Shown here: positions 29,091-39,533 of the stretch, piece by piece
Numbering within the stretch: position 1 is the first letter of the stretch
Layout: each line of letters opens with the position of its first letter
Origin: an uncultured delta proteobacterium
GTDB taxonomy: Bacteria; Desulfobacterota; Desulfobacteria; Desulfobacterales; JAFDCJ01
Direction of reading: 5' to 3'
DNA: 64,000 nt
Assembly: GCA_963769935.1 (NCBI GenBank)
Contig: CAVYNY010000032.1
Location: 32,001 to 96,000, forward strand
Program-made: the position numbers and the translations under genes
Notes under the pieces: model-generated
The model's database searches: none
What the model was told of the DNA's origin: nothing
The model's input: only the letters and a program-made list of their open reading frames with translations

Positions 29091-30035
29091 TTAATTATGG
29101 CCTTCTCTGTAAAACCCGGTCTGGTCCTTGCCTTTGAGGCCCAGCATTTGCCGGGCTTCAGCCGGATCGGCAATATCGAAACTGAGTTCGGAGATAATCC
29201 GCCGTATCTTGGCGACCAGATCGGCATTGCTCTTGGCCAGCTCGCCTCGCCCGATATAAAGGTTGTCCTCCAATCCCACCCGGACGCAGCCCCCCATAAC
29301 CACTCCCACCGTTCCCAGATTGAGCTCGTGGCGGCCGACGGACAGCACCGAAAAGATGTAGTCCTCTCCAAAGAGCTTGTCGGCGGTGGATTTCATAAAA
29401 ACCAGGTTTTCCACCGAAGGCTGAATGGCGCCGTGGATACCCAGGATCAACTGGATCCAGAAAGGCGGCCGGATGACGTTGCGGTCCGCCCAATAGGCCG
29501 TATTGTATAAATGGCCGACGTCATAGCATTCCAGCTCCGGCTTGGTGCCGCATTCCTCCATGATTTTAAAGATGCGCTCCTGATCGTAAAAGGTGTTTTT
29601 GAAAACCAGGTCCCTGGAGGACTCCAGGTAGGATTTTTCCCAGTCATATTTATATTCCCTGACGCGGTCCATCATCGGGAAAAGGCCGAAGTTGATGGAT
29701 CCCATGTTGATGGATGCCAGCTCCGGCTCGAGGGCCCGCACGGCCACCATGCGTTCTTCAGGCGTCATGGTCGGCGCCCCGCCGGTGGTGATGCAAATCA
29801 CGGCATCGCTCTGCTGATGCACCCGGCGGCAGAAGGTTTGAAATAAATCGAGATCCATGGTCGGACGCCCGTTTTGCGGATCCCGGGCGTGCAGATGCAC
29901 GGTGGCGGCCCCGGCTTCGGCGGCGGCCACCGCCTCGGCGGCGATCTGCTCCGGTGTGATGGGAAGATACGGCGAAAGCGAAGGGACGTGGATCGACCCG
30001 GTGACGGCACAGTTGATAATTACTTTGCGGCTCAT
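29091..30035 (-). CDS. Beta-keto acid cleavage enzyme family (BKACE/DUF849, Kce-like)
   Basis: IINCAVTGSIH.P..SPYLP.TPEQIA, VHLHARDP, PELECYDVGHLY, VRVGLEDN. Confidence 0.9.
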   Translation of the reverse strand: MSRKVIINCAVTGSIHVPSLSPYLPITPEQIAAEAVAAAEAGAATVHLHARDPQNGRPTMDLDLFQTFCRRVHQQSDAVICITTGGAPTMTPEERMVAVRALEPELASINMGSINFGLFPMMDRVREYKYDWEKSYLESSRDLVFKNTFYDQERIFKIMEECGTKPELECYDVGHLYNTAYWADRNVIRPPFWIQLILGIHGAIQPSVENLVFMKSTADKLFGEDYIFSVLSVGRHELNLGTVGVVMGGCVRVGLEDNLYIGRGELAKSNADLVAKIRRIISELSFDIADPAEARQMLGLKGKDQTGFYREGHN

Positions 30036-30277
30036 GCATTCCTCCTGGGGTGAAAATTTACGGAACGATGAATAAAATGTGGTAATTTTAGAGTTGTCTG
30101 AATTTCATGAAAGTTTTTATTTTGGAGTAAGATGGAGTAATGGAAAAAGACATCGATCCTTAAGCCAGTACTCCATACCTGCCATTCCCGTTTCCCATAA
30201 ACCATATATGACCCTGAAGGTGGAATTTTTCAGGGCGGATTAATTAGTAGTTGACCGAAAACCCGCCCATAGCGCAG

Positions 30278-30383
30278 TGTTGGGTTTCGTCCTCAGGAAT
30301 CCATGTCGCCGCAAGAGATTGATTTTCGTAGGTTGGGTTGAGGGACGAAACCCAACGTTATCGATCGGACTCAACCCAACCTA
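30278..30383. repeat. GTAG-type REP cluster
   Basis: GTAGGTTGGGTTGAGGGACGAAACCCAAC with inverted partners TGTTGGGTTTCGTCC and CTCAACCCAACCTA. Confidence 0.7.
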
Positions 30384-30422
30384 TTGGAAATCAGGACTTT
30401 TCGTTCAGGCACTAATTAGAAA

Positions 30423-31400
30423 TTATTCCTCTTCCTGCGCCCATTCCTTCTTAACCAGCTTGAGGCGGGCGTAGAATTTGCGGTCCCGCTCGCGGCGCAT
30501 GGCATCGGCAGCTCCGGGACCGAAATCGTAAAATCCGCCCGAGGTCTTCAACCCCAGCCGTCCGGCCTGCACCTGCTTCGCCAGCAGGCGCGGCGGTTTA
30601 AAGTAGGGTTTGCCGAGTCTGGCATACAGGTACTCGAATACGCTCATATAAGTGTCCGCGCCGGCCTGATCCATTATTTCAAAGGGACCGTAAGCTCCCA
30701 GCCGGAAACCGAACGAGCTTTTGACGACGCTATCCACCTCAGCCGGCGTGGCCAGCCCCTCTTCGACCAGAGCGATGGCTTCGGCGGCCAGGGCCATTTG
30801 AATGCGGTTGGCCACAAAGCCGGGTGCGCTTTTGCAAACCGTGGGCATTTTACCCAGGCCGGTCAAAAACTTCATCATAAGATCGATGTTGGCCTGGCTG
30901 GCGCCTTGGCCGGGGATCACCTCCACGCAGGGCGTGATCTGGGGTGGATGGAACCAGTGGGTTCCGATGATTCGCTCCGGGTTGGGCACGCCGGCGGCCA
31001 GCTCGTTGATGTCGTAGGAGGAGGTGTTGGAGGCCAGGATGGCCTGCGGGGCGGCTTTTTGACCGAGTATATTCCAGACGCTGCGCTTGAGTTCAAAATT
31101 TTCGCTGACGGCTTCCAGAACATAATCGGCAGCCGCCAGGTTGCCCTCCAGATCGGTGGTAAAATTGATCCTTGACAGGGTGGCTGCTTTTTCAGAGGCA
31201 GCCAGTTCACCCAGCTCGATCATGTAGTCGAGGTTGTCCCGGATCCAGCCCCGGGCGCGATCCAGGAATTCATCCTTTTGATCCACCAGATAAACCTGGA
31301 GCTTGTTTAGGGCCAGAAGCTGGGCAAAGCCGTGGCCCATGATGCCGGCCCCTACGACCAGGGCGGTGTCGATTGTTCCCGTGATTTTTTTTTCCTGCAT
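30423..31400 (-). CDS. 3-hydroxyacyl-CoA dehydrogenase family protein
   Basis: VGAGIMGHG, EAVSE.FELK, ASNTSS, HWFHPP, PGFVANRIQ. Confidence 0.9.
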   Translation of the reverse strand: MQEKKITGTIDTALVVGAGIMGHGFAQLLALNKLQVYLVDQKDEFLDRARGWIRDNLDYMIELGELAASEKAATLSRINFTTDLEGNLAAADYVLEAVSENFELKRSVWNILGQKAAPQAILASNTSSYDINELAAGVPNPERIIGTHWFHPPQITPCVEVIPGQGASQANIDLMMKFLTGLGKMPTVCKSAPGFVANRIQMALAAEAIALVEEGLATPAEVDSVVKSSFGFRLGAYGPFEIMDQAGADTYMSVFEYLYARLGKPYFKPPRLLAKQVQAGRLGLKTSGGFYDFGPGAADAMRRERDRKFYARLKLVKKEWAQEEE

Positions 31401-31582
31401 TTTTCACTCTCATAACTTTTAGAGGTTAATGTTTTTCGGTTCCATGAACCAAAACAAGGTAGTCCAAATTGAAAGCTTTTATTCTGAATTAATCTCGGAG
31501 TCTTGGAGTGATGGAGTGTTGGAGTAATGGTAAATTGTTAGCCGTCTTTTTTCAATACTCCATCACTCGATCACTCCAAGAC

Positions 31583-32725
31583 TTACTGCTCATGGTTCGG
31601 TTGTTTCTGCTTCTTGGCTGGGGTCTCCTTTTCAAAAGGCGCTTTTGCCGCCGGCCTCCGGCTGGCCTCCTGCCGCGCATGGAAGCCGCAGGTATTGCGT
31701 ATCATCAGGACGGGGTCGATTAGAAATTTTTTCACCACGTGTTCGGATTCGCCCTTAATTTTGGCCAAAAGCTGCTCGACCGCCAAACGGCCCAAGGTGA
31801 TCTTCTGATGCGAGATGGTGGTCAAATCGATGCCGGGAAGCCCGGCCATTTCAATGTCGTCAAAGCCCACCAGGGCCATGTCATCGGGCGACTTGAGGCC
31901 GTTTTCCGCCAGGGCCTGGAGAACACCCATCGCCATGATGTCATTGGCGGAGAATATGGCGGTGGGCTGCGGCCTGGTTCGGATGATTTCCAGCCCCAGC
32001 TCGTAGCCGGAAATCCGGGAATAATTCCCCCTGAAAATCAGCGCCGGATCGAGTTTTAACCCTCGGGCTTCAAATGCGGCCTGGGCTCCGCAGAACCGGT
32101 GGTAGCCGGTGGAAGTCTCCTGGGGCCCGGCAATCAGGGCGATACGGGTATGGCCCATGCTCAGCAGGTGTTCGGTAATCATGGCCGCACCCCGCCGGTC
32201 GTCCACGCCCACAAAATCAAGCGGCTGGTCGCAGGGGCCTTCGTCAACACCTCTTAAAACGAGAACAAACGGCACCCCCCGTTTGCACAGGTCGTGGATC
32301 ACAGGGTCGTTGCGCAGCGCCGAGCAGATAATCAACCCGTCCACCCCGCGATCCAACAGTTCATGGGCATAATGCTGTTCGATCCTGGGACCGCCGTTTC
32401 CCACCGATGTTGCAATGACGCCGTAGCCGTCCTCCCGCGCCCGGTCGATGATGGCCTGGGTGATTTCAGCGTAAAAGGGGTTCAGCATCGTGGTGACCAC
32501 CAAACCGAGGGTGGAGCTTTTTTGTCCGACCAGCGAACGGGCCAGCAGGTTGGGGCGGTAGTTGAGCCGCTCGGCGATAGCAATGATCTTTTTACGGGCG
32601 GCACTGCCGACCCGGTTGGTTTCCGGATCGCGCAGCACCAGCGAAACGGTTGACGGCGAAAGCTGGGCCTCGCGGGCAATGTCTTTAAGGGTAGGGCGGC
32701 TTTTTTTATCGCGTGTTTTCATCAT
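31583..32725 (-). CDS. LacI family transcriptional regulator
   Basis: TLKDIAREAQLSPSTVSLVL, YRPN.LARSL, NDIMA.G, VGFDD. Confidence 0.93.
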   Translation of the reverse strand: MMKTRDKKSRPTLKDIAREAQLSPSTVSLVLRDPETNRVGSAARKKIIAIAERLNYRPNLLARSLVGQKSSTLGLVVTTMLNPFYAEITQAIIDRAREDGYGVIATSVGNGGPRIEQHYAHELLDRGVDGLIICSALRNDPVIHDLCKRGVPFVLVLRGVDEGPCDQPLDFVGVDDRRGAAMITEHLLSMGHTRIALIAGPQETSTGYHRFCGAQAAFEARGLKLDPALIFRGNYSRISGYELGLEIIRTRPQPTAIFSANDIMAMGVLQALAENGLKSPDDMALVGFDDIEMAGLPGIDLTTISHQKITLGRLAVEQLLAKIKGESEHVVKKFLIDPVLMIRNTCGFHARQEASRRPAAKAPFEKETPAKKQKQPNHEQ

Positions 32726-32754
32726 AATTGCCGTAGAGTTTTACAAAGGTAGAA

Positions 32755-33477
32755 TTAGATTCCGAGCAGCTGCTGTCTGAGCCGATCATTCGCCAACAGG
32801 TCTTCGGCCGTACCTTCGTAGACATTTTGACCGTCATCCAGAACATAGACCTGCGTGCAGACTCGCAGGGCCAGCATGGAATTCTGCTCCACCAGCACGG
32901 TCGTCAAATGCGTGGCGGTCAACTCCTTAATAATGTCCATCACTTCGCGGACTATCAGCGGGGCAAGTCCCTCGGAGGGTTCGTCCAGCAGGATGAGGCT
33001 GGGATTGCCCATCAGGGTGCGGGCGAGGCACAGCATTTGCTGCTCACCGCCGGAAAGGTTTTCACCCTTATGGTTCGCCAGCGATTTAAGGGCGGGAAAG
33101 TGCTGGTAGACCCGTTCGAGGTCCCAGTGAATTTGTCCGTCGGTGCCCTTTTTACGTGCAATTTCCAGGTTATTTCGCACGGTCAGGGTCGGGAAAATTC
33201 GGCGGTTGTCGGGCACCCAGCCCAATCCCAGATTGGCAATTTCATTGGTCGGCAGATGAGTGATGTCTTGGCCGGCAAAGCGGATGGTGCCGTTTCTGGC
33301 CGGGGTCAAACCGAGAATACTTCGCAGCAAGGTGGTTTTGCCGGCCCCGTTGCGCCCCAGAATGGCAACCGCCTCTCCCTTTTTGACTTCAAGCTGAATT
33401 TGATGAAGTACATGGGCTTCCCCGTAAAACGAATCAATCTTGTCGACCTCCAAAATGGTTTGCATCTCCGGCATCAA
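32755..33477 (-). CDS. livF: Branched-chain-type ABC ATPase
   Basis: GRNGAGKTT, LSGGEQQM, LLDEPSEGLAP, VEQN. Confidence 0.9.
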   Translation of the reverse strand: MMPEMQTILEVDKIDSFYGEAHVLHQIQLEVKKGEAVAILGRNGAGKTTLLRSILGLTPARNGTIRFAGQDITHLPTNEIANLGLGWVPDNRRIFPTLTVRNNLEIARKKGTDGQIHWDLERVYQHFPALKSLANHKGENLSGGEQQMLCLARTLMGNPSLILLDEPSEGLAPLIVREVMDIIKELTATHLTTVLVEQNSMLALRVCTQVYVLDDGQNVYEGTAEDLLANDRLRQQLLGI

Positions 33478-34217
33478 TCTATCCCTCCCAGGTAGGCCGT
33501 CTGCACTTCAGCGTTGGCTTTGATTTCCGCGGGTGCACCTTGCGCAATGACCCGGCCCTGATGCAGCACAATAATGGCGTCGGATATGGTCAGCACGATG
33601 TCCATGTCATGCTCGATAACCAGCACCGTCAGCCGTGACGATATCTTTTTGATGAATTCTTTGATCCGTTCCGTTTCCGAAGTGGGCAGGCCGGATGTCG
33701 GTTCGTCCATCATCAGCAGCCTGGGCTCGGATGCCATGGCGATGCCGATCTCCAGGACACGCTTATCCCCGTAGGAAAGGGTTTTGGTGGGCAGGTCTTT
33801 GACGTCGGTTAAGCCGATCTCCTCCAGGACCGCATTGGTATCCCGGTTGATGTCGGCAAATCCCGCGGCCGGGCGAAAAAAATTAAAGCTTCTCTTTTTG
33901 CGGGATTGAACGGCCAGGCGGATGTTTTCGGCCGGTGATATTTCGTTGAATATATTCAACACCTGAAACGAACGCACGATACCCTGATTGACGATCTTGT
34001 GGATCGGCCAGCCCGAGATATCCTGACCGTCAAAAAGAACCCTGCCTTTATCGGGCCGGTACAAGCCGGTTAACAGGTTGAAAAGGGTGGTTTTGCCCGC
34101 GCCGTTGGGGCCGATGATCGACGTGATTTTGCCTTCTTCAACCCTGAAACTGACATTGTCGTTTGCCATCAGGCCTCCGAAGTGCTTGCTGATTCCGACA
34201 GCTTCGAGAATGGCCAT
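33474..34217 (-). CDS. livG: Branched-chain-type ABC ATPase
   Basis: FGGL.A, GPNGAGKTT, LSYGDKR, IEHDM, AYLG. Confidence 0.9.
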   Translation of the reverse strand: MAILEAVGISKHFGGLMANDNVSFRVEEGKITSIIGPNGAGKTTLFNLLTGLYRPDKGRVLFDGQDISGWPIHKIVNQGIVRSFQVLNIFNEISPAENIRLAVQSRKKRSFNFFRPAAGFADINRDTNAVLEEIGLTDVKDLPTKTLSYGDKRVLEIGIAMASEPRLLMMDEPTSGLPTSETERIKEFIKKISSRLTVLVIEHDMDIVLTISDAIIVLHQGRVIAQGAPAEIKANAEVQTAYLGGID

Positions 34218-35227
34218 TATTCGGTCCCCTTTAATTCAATTGACGCCGGCTTAAGTTCTTTCGAACTATCCCGGGCCCCGGATTTACCAACCTTGAGATA
34301 ACCCAGAATACCTTCGGGCATAAACAGAATGATCCCCACGATGAGCAATCCATAAAACAAATACCAATGCTCGGTGATGGTCGAGAAAATATCCCTGAGG
34401 GCAATGAAAATGATCGCGCCCAGAACCGGACCGAAAAAATTGGTGAGACCACCGCCGATAATAACCATCATGACAACATCTCCCGAGCGGGTCCAGTGAA
34501 TCGAATCGGCAAAGGCACCGTGGGTGAGCAGGGCATGCAACGCACCGGCCAGTCCGCCGAAGGCACCGGAGATAATCCAGGACAGCCATTTGAATAATGG
34601 TGTGTTGTAGCCCAGGTATTTGGCTCTCAGCTCGTTTTGCTTGATGGCATAGAATACGGTACCCAGCGGGGAGTGGATCAGTTTCCACAGCAGTATGATG
34701 CTGGCTGCCAGAATGGCGAACACAAAATAATAAAGCCCCAGCGAGCTTTCGATCCTGATGTTGAACAGGCCGAAAAAGCTCAATGGGTAGCGTTCGATGC
34801 CCATCAAGCCGTTTTCTCCTCCGGTAACCGCGTCCCACTGAAACGCGATAAAAAAGAACATCTGGGTAAAGGCAATGGTCAGCAGGGCATGATAAATGCC
34901 CCTTTTTTTCGCCATAAAGACGGCCAGCGCTGCGGCGATGACCGCACACCCCAGAATGCTTCCGGCCAGCGGTATCCAGATTCCTTTAATGAGGTTATGT
35001 TGCATCAGGCCGAACAGATACGCGCCGCTGCCGAAAAACAGACCATGGCCGAAGGAGGGCAGTCCCGTGTAGCCCAGCAGGATGTTGAATCCCATGGCAA
35101 AAATTGCCCAGATCATCACCTCGATGGCCAGCGACATACCGCCCAGCGGCATCACCACGACCGGTGCAATAAAAAAAACAGCCAGTGTCAGGAACAGCGG
35201 GTGTCGAATGGAGCGCGAGACATTCAT
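34217..35227 (-). CDS. livM: Branched-chain-type ABC permease
   Basis: LLGYTGLPSFGH, TGGENG, AIKQNE.RA..LG, PEGI.G. Confidence 0.9.
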   Translation of the reverse strand: MNVSRSIRHPLFLTLAVFFIAPVVVMPLGGMSLAIEVMIWAIFAMGFNILLGYTGLPSFGHGLFFGSGAYLFGLMQHNLIKGIWIPLAGSILGCAVIAAALAVFMAKKRGIYHALLTIAFTQMFFFIAFQWDAVTGGENGLMGIERYPLSFFGLFNIRIESSLGLYYFVFAILAASIILLWKLIHSPLGTVFYAIKQNELRAKYLGYNTPLFKWLSWIISGAFGGLAGALHALLTHGAFADSIHWTRSGDVVMMVIIGGGLTNFFGPVLGAIIFIALRDIFSTITEHWYLFYGLLIVGIILFMPEGILGYLKVGKSGARDSSKELKPASIELKGTE

Positions 35228-35566
35228 GTAGCAACCCTCATTTTTACTCTACCATTGAAAACCTGGTTCTCTTAGCCAGGTGAGAGATAACGGGCTTAGC
35301 CGTAATCGAATGACATGGGGTAATGGAATAATGGAATGTTGGAATGTTGGGTTTGGCGGAATTAAATCTGTTTTTATATTGATGCCACGGATCAGAAAAT
35401 TTGATCAGCCCACCATCCTCTTGTAATTTCCAATCTTCCATTTTTCTCTCCGATCCGTAGGCTCTGCGAGCCGGAGGCCACCATTCCATGATTCCATGTG
35501 CTGCCTGACGGCCAAAACCACCCATCTGGAGTTAAGTCAAAGCCCTGTCCTTTGATCCGGCAACCG

Positions 35567-36436
35567 CTACTCTTCAAGCAACGATTTTTCCCCCATGATA
35601 CCGCGGGGTCTAAGCACCAGCACAATGGCCATGATAACGTACATGGACAGCTCGGACATGCGCGGCCAGACCAGAATGCTTAAGCTTTTGGAAAGCCCCA
35701 CGATTAGACCACCGATGACGGCACCCCAGAAGCTTCCGATCCCCCCGATTACCACCACCACAAAAGAGGGCATGATCACCTCGGTTCCCATGGTTGGTTT
35801 AAGACTCCACATGGGACCGGCAATCACCCCGGCGATGCCGGCCAGAAAAGCGCCCAGGCCGAAAACCAGAGTGCGCAGTATGCCCAGATTTTTGCCCAGC
35901 GCCAGCACCATCTCACTGTCCGAAACACCGGCCTTGATGATGGACCCGTAGGGTGTTTTTTCCAGGAAAAGCCAGACCAGAAACAGCAGAATCATGGAAA
36001 GCACCGCTAAAAACACCAGATACTTCGAATACCACAGGATGCCGAGGTTAATGGGGCCCGACGCGAAGGTCGGCGGCGCCAGTGAATGGCCGGCTTTGCC
36101 CCAGATCATGCGGATAACTTCCTCTATAGCCATCGCCAGTCCCAAGGTCAGCAGCAGGCCGAACAGAGGGTCTTTGCCGTAAACTCGCCGAATACCGAAT
36201 CGCTCGATGGCAAGCCCCAAAAGGCCGACAAAAATGGGGGCCAGGATCAGGGCCGGCCAGTAGCCCACAATTTTTTGCAGCGAAAGCGCGAAATAAGCGC
36301 CCAGGGCAAACAGGGCGCCATGGCTGAAATTGATCACTTCCATGACGCTGAGAATCAGCATAAACCCCAGGGCCATGACACCGAAAAGCAGGCCTAAAAC
36401 AAGGCCGTTAAATAACTGCGGTAGTAATTCTGCCAT
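35567..36436 (-). CDS. livH: Branched-chain-type ABC permease
   Basis: QLFNGL..G, VINFSHG, VVVIGGIGS..GA, RPRGIMG. Confidence 0.9.
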   Translation of the reverse strand: MAELLPQLFNGLVLGLLFGVMALGFMLILSVMEVINFSHGALFALGAYFALSLQKIVGYWPALILAPIFVGLLGLAIERFGIRRVYGKDPLFGLLLTLGLAMAIEEVIRMIWGKAGHSLAPPTFASGPINLGILWYSKYLVFLAVLSMILLFLVWLFLEKTPYGSIIKAGVSDSEMVLALGKNLGILRTLVFGLGAFLAGIAGVIAGPMWSLKPTMGTEVIMPSFVVVVIGGIGSFWGAVIGGLIVGLSKSLSILVWPRMSELSMYVIMAIVLVLRPRGIMGEKSLLEE

Positions 36437-36627
36437 AATCTGAACACCTCATATGAAACTTTCTTAAATTCGATGCCATTTTTACGAAGTGTCTCACCGC
36501 TGAGAGCGCAGCCTCCGGCCCTATGGGCCGGAGGCTGCGGGCTCTGCGGTGAACTATTATGTTTCTTTTTCGATCAGACCGGCCGTTGTTTTGGCCGGCG
36601 GCTGGGCTGACACCTGATTACGTGCGA

Positions 36628-37881
36628 CTATTCTTTGTACGGCTCGAGCTGACAGGGGTTTTCTTCCCGGCTCAAGACCACGTCTGCACCCTTCATGAAG
36701 CCGATAACCTTGTAAAAATCGGATTTGTCCCCGGCGGCCAGTTCTTCCGGAGTTTTCATGCGGGCGATGATCACATCCTGGACGAACTGGTGATCCCAGG
36801 GCCGGATGTAAGTCGGGTTGAGCTTCATATTGTCTTTGATGGTCCAGCCTTCCAGGGCTTTGATAACATCGTTGGTGTTGAGACTGTTGGCCCGGATCGC
36901 GGCCCGCAGCAGTTCACGGGCGCCGATGTATCCCTGGTAGGTGTTGTTTTCAGGTACCGGAAAAGCGGCATCGGGCCAGCGTTTTTGATAGTTGGCCACA
37001 AACTCTTTGACGCCGGGCGCATCGATGGTGTGATACCACTCAACGGCGAAGGTCCCGATGGCTTTGTCCGGGCCCACGGCCCAGGCATCGCCGTAATCCA
37101 TCAGGCTGAAGCCCCACCGAAAGTCTTTGTCCATGCCGAACTGTCTGATTTGCTCGAACATGGCCGAGCGGTCCAAACCGCCGATGGTGCACATGATCAT
37201 GTCCGGTTTGGGGTTCAGGTTTCTGATCTTGATCAGATAGGAGCTGAAGTCCCGCGTGCCCATGGGAATAAGGGCCTCGCCCATGTCCTTGCCGCCTTCC
37301 TTTTTAAGAATTTCGCGGAAGGAGGCGGTTCCGGAGCGTCCCCAGGTGTAGTCGTGGGTGATAAAATACCAGTTTTTTCCGAAATTCCTGGCAATGTAAG
37401 GTGCCACCGCCCGGACCAGCATGGTGTTGTTGGGGCCCACCCTGAAATTGGTCCGATGGCAATACTTGCCGGTGCATTCGTCGGAGTTGGTATTGGTATT
37501 GAAGTAAATGGTATTGCCGCGTTGCGCGACCTCTGAAATGGCAATGGCCACCGAGGAAGATACCCCGCCCAGCATGAAATGAACCTTGTCGCGTTCTATC
37601 AGTTTCTGGGCCTTGCGCGCACCGGCCGCCGGATTGGTTTCGGTGTCCTCCACGATCATCCGGACCTGTTTGCCCAGCACACCGCCGGCCGCATTTATCT
37701 CTTCGACCGCCATAGTGATTCCGCGCCTTTCCGCAGCACCCAAATCGGCGTAATTGCCGCTGGCCGGGCTGATGACACCCAGCCGGATCTCATCGTCGGC
37801 CGCCGTGGCGGCAACGACCGTCAACCCCAAGGCCAACACGACAATCAGGATAAATCCTATTGATTTTGTAAAAGTTTTCAT
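36628..37881 (-). CDS. ABC substrate-binding protein (LivJ/K-like fold)
   Basis: Signal peptide; AVEEINAAGGVLGK, GGVSSSVA, DYTWG. Confidence 0.9.
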   Translation of the reverse strand: MKTFTKSIGFILIVVLALGLTVVAATAADDEIRLGVISPASGNYADLGAAERRGITMAVEEINAAGGVLGKQVRMIVEDTETNPAAGARKAQKLIERDKVHFMLGGVSSSVAIAISEVAQRGNTIYFNTNTNSDECTGKYCHRTNFRVGPNNTMLVRAVAPYIARNFGKNWYFITHDYTWGRSGTASFREILKKEGGKDMGEALIPMGTRDFSSYLIKIRNLNPKPDMIMCTIGGLDRSAMFEQIRQFGMDKDFRWGFSLMDYGDAWAVGPDKAIGTFAVEWYHTIDAPGVKEFVANYQKRWPDAAFPVPENNTYQGYIGARELLRAAIRANSLNTNDVIKALEGWTIKDNMKLNPTYIRPWDHQFVQDVIIARMKTPEELAAGDKSDFYKVIGFMKGADVVLSREENPCQLEPYKE

Positions 37882-38005
37882 TTTTTTCCCTCCCTTGAAT
37901 GGCTCGGTTTATATTTGCAGATGGAAACGGACCCTTTGACGTGTACAAGAATTATCCGTTGTTCGGCACCCCCTTTCTTTTCCCTGGTTTTCCCTGATTT
38001 TGTAT

Positions 38006-38285
38006 AAACTCCAAATCTGCAACTCCAAAATTTTAACTTCAAAATCTCAAACCGCAAATCTCAAATTCCAAATTCCAAATAAATCTTAAATTCCAAACCT
38101 CAAATTCTAAACAAATCCTAAAGTTTTATCGAGCAATTCAATTCTACTGTTTATGACAGGCTTAACTTGTCCTGAATTCAGGCTGGCGGAAGCACTTTGC
38201 TGTGAGTCAAAATCTGTTTGGGTCATTGGAGCTTGGAATTTAGATATTGTTTGATATTTGTTTATTGGAATTTGGAATTTTTATT
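38006..38285. repeat. AT-rich heptamer long palindrome
   Basis: About 15 AAATYCC/AAATCTC-like units at 38006-38120; inverse arm at 38215-38285. Confidence 0.7.
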
Positions 38286-38358
38286 TTCAAAGACTCAACC
38301 ATAGTTTGCCTATCCAGTTACTGTTTTAAAAGTACATGTGGGACGCACCAAGTCTTAA

Positions 38359-39144
38359 CTAGTGTGCGGTCCAGCCGGCATCCACCAGCAGCACATGGCC
38401 GGTGACCATGTTGGCGATCGGCGACGCCAGGTACAATACCGCTCCGGCAACATCATCCGGCTTGCCGAAGCGCTTCAGCAGATTTTTGGCCAAAGCGTAC
38501 TTTCGAAATTCGGGATCGGCCAGGAAATCTCTGGTCAGTTCGGTTTCAATGAAAGTCGGTGCCACGGCGTTGACCAGAATTCCGTGAGGCGCCCAATCCA
38601 TGGCCAGGACTTTGGTGATCAGATTCAACCCGGCTTTGCTGGCGCAATAAACCGCCCGCTTGGCCAGGGCAACCGAACCGGTTTGAGAGGAGATATTAAT
38701 GATCCGTCCGCCCCGCCCCTCGGCGATCATCACTTTGCCGACGGCCTGGGCCAGGAAAAATGCACCTTTAAGGTTGATGTTCATAACGGCGTCCCAGGCT
38801 TCTTCGGTAACATCGACCGAATCCTGGGGGATGTTGATGCCGGCGTTGTTGACCAGGATATCGATTGGGCCCATGGTCCCGACGATTTTTTCGGTCAACG
38901 ACGGCAGATGCTGCGTTTGGGTCAGATCGGCCGGAAAGGCCACCGCCTGCCGTCCCAAGCTCCGGATTTCCTCGGCCACCGCATTCAGTTGATCCTTGCT
39001 GCGGGACACCAATGCCACGTCTGACCCTGCACGGGCAAGCGCCAGGGCGGTGGCCCGTCCGATGCCGCGGCCGGCACCGCTGATCAGGGATATCTTGCCG
39101 CCAAGATCAAAGTATGGGAAATTGGTTTCGTTGGATGCAGCCAT
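38359..39144 (-). CDS. Classical SDR oxidoreductase (KduD/gluconate 5-dehydrogenase-like)
   Basis: SGAGRGIG, NNAG, YCASK, NAVAPTFIET. Confidence 0.9.
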   Translation of the reverse strand: MAASNETNFPYFDLGGKISLISGAGRGIGRATALALARAGSDVALVSRSKDQLNAVAEEIRSLGRQAVAFPADLTQTQHLPSLTEKIVGTMGPIDILVNNAGINIPQDSVDVTEEAWDAVMNINLKGAFFLAQAVGKVMIAEGRGGRIINISSQTGSVALAKRAVYCASKAGLNLITKVLAMDWAPHGILVNAVAPTFIETELTRDFLADPEFRKYALAKNLLKRFGKPDDVAGAVLYLASPIANMVTGHVLLVDAGWTAH

Positions 39145-39343
39145 AAAACACCTTTCGCCGGCAGAATTAAGTTGAAGGATTGGGTGATTGAATTGTCAAA
39201 CGGTTCCGGAGGGCCGCTGAAGTCCGCTTCCTTGACCGGCCGGCCGCGGACAAGCCAGCGATCGGCTTGCATGAGCCGGCGTTGGTCCGGTTTAACCTTC
39301 CACTAAGTTTGACGTGGATATTATGAATATCAGCTACAGTTGT

Positions 39344-39439
39344 GAGATAACGTTCAACTTGGTGTAGCATCCCATATGGGGAGTGTCAAGCCAAAAAACA
39401 ATGCCCATTTTGCTGTAGACATTAGTCAAACGATATACT
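39344..39439. promoter_or_regulatory. Two LacI-like operators in the divergent promoter region
   Basis: AGTTGAACGTTATCTC (minus strand, 39344-39359) and AGTCAAACGATATACT (39424-39439) share AGTyrAACGwTAT. A minus-strand TTGACA-17-TACACC directly precedes the first. Confidence 0.55.
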
Positions 39440-39533
39440 AAGTTGGGGCCGTAATCACCGGTTCCGGCATACCCAATCCAGGGAGCCGAATAAGTCCAAC
39501 TTCAGAGCCGGCAAACCTTTCAAGGAGGATGCT

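Noticed and set aside
38006..38120. CRISPR-like appearance of the tandem tracts
   Set aside because: Units are 7-8 bp and degenerate, with no unique spacers and no cas genes.
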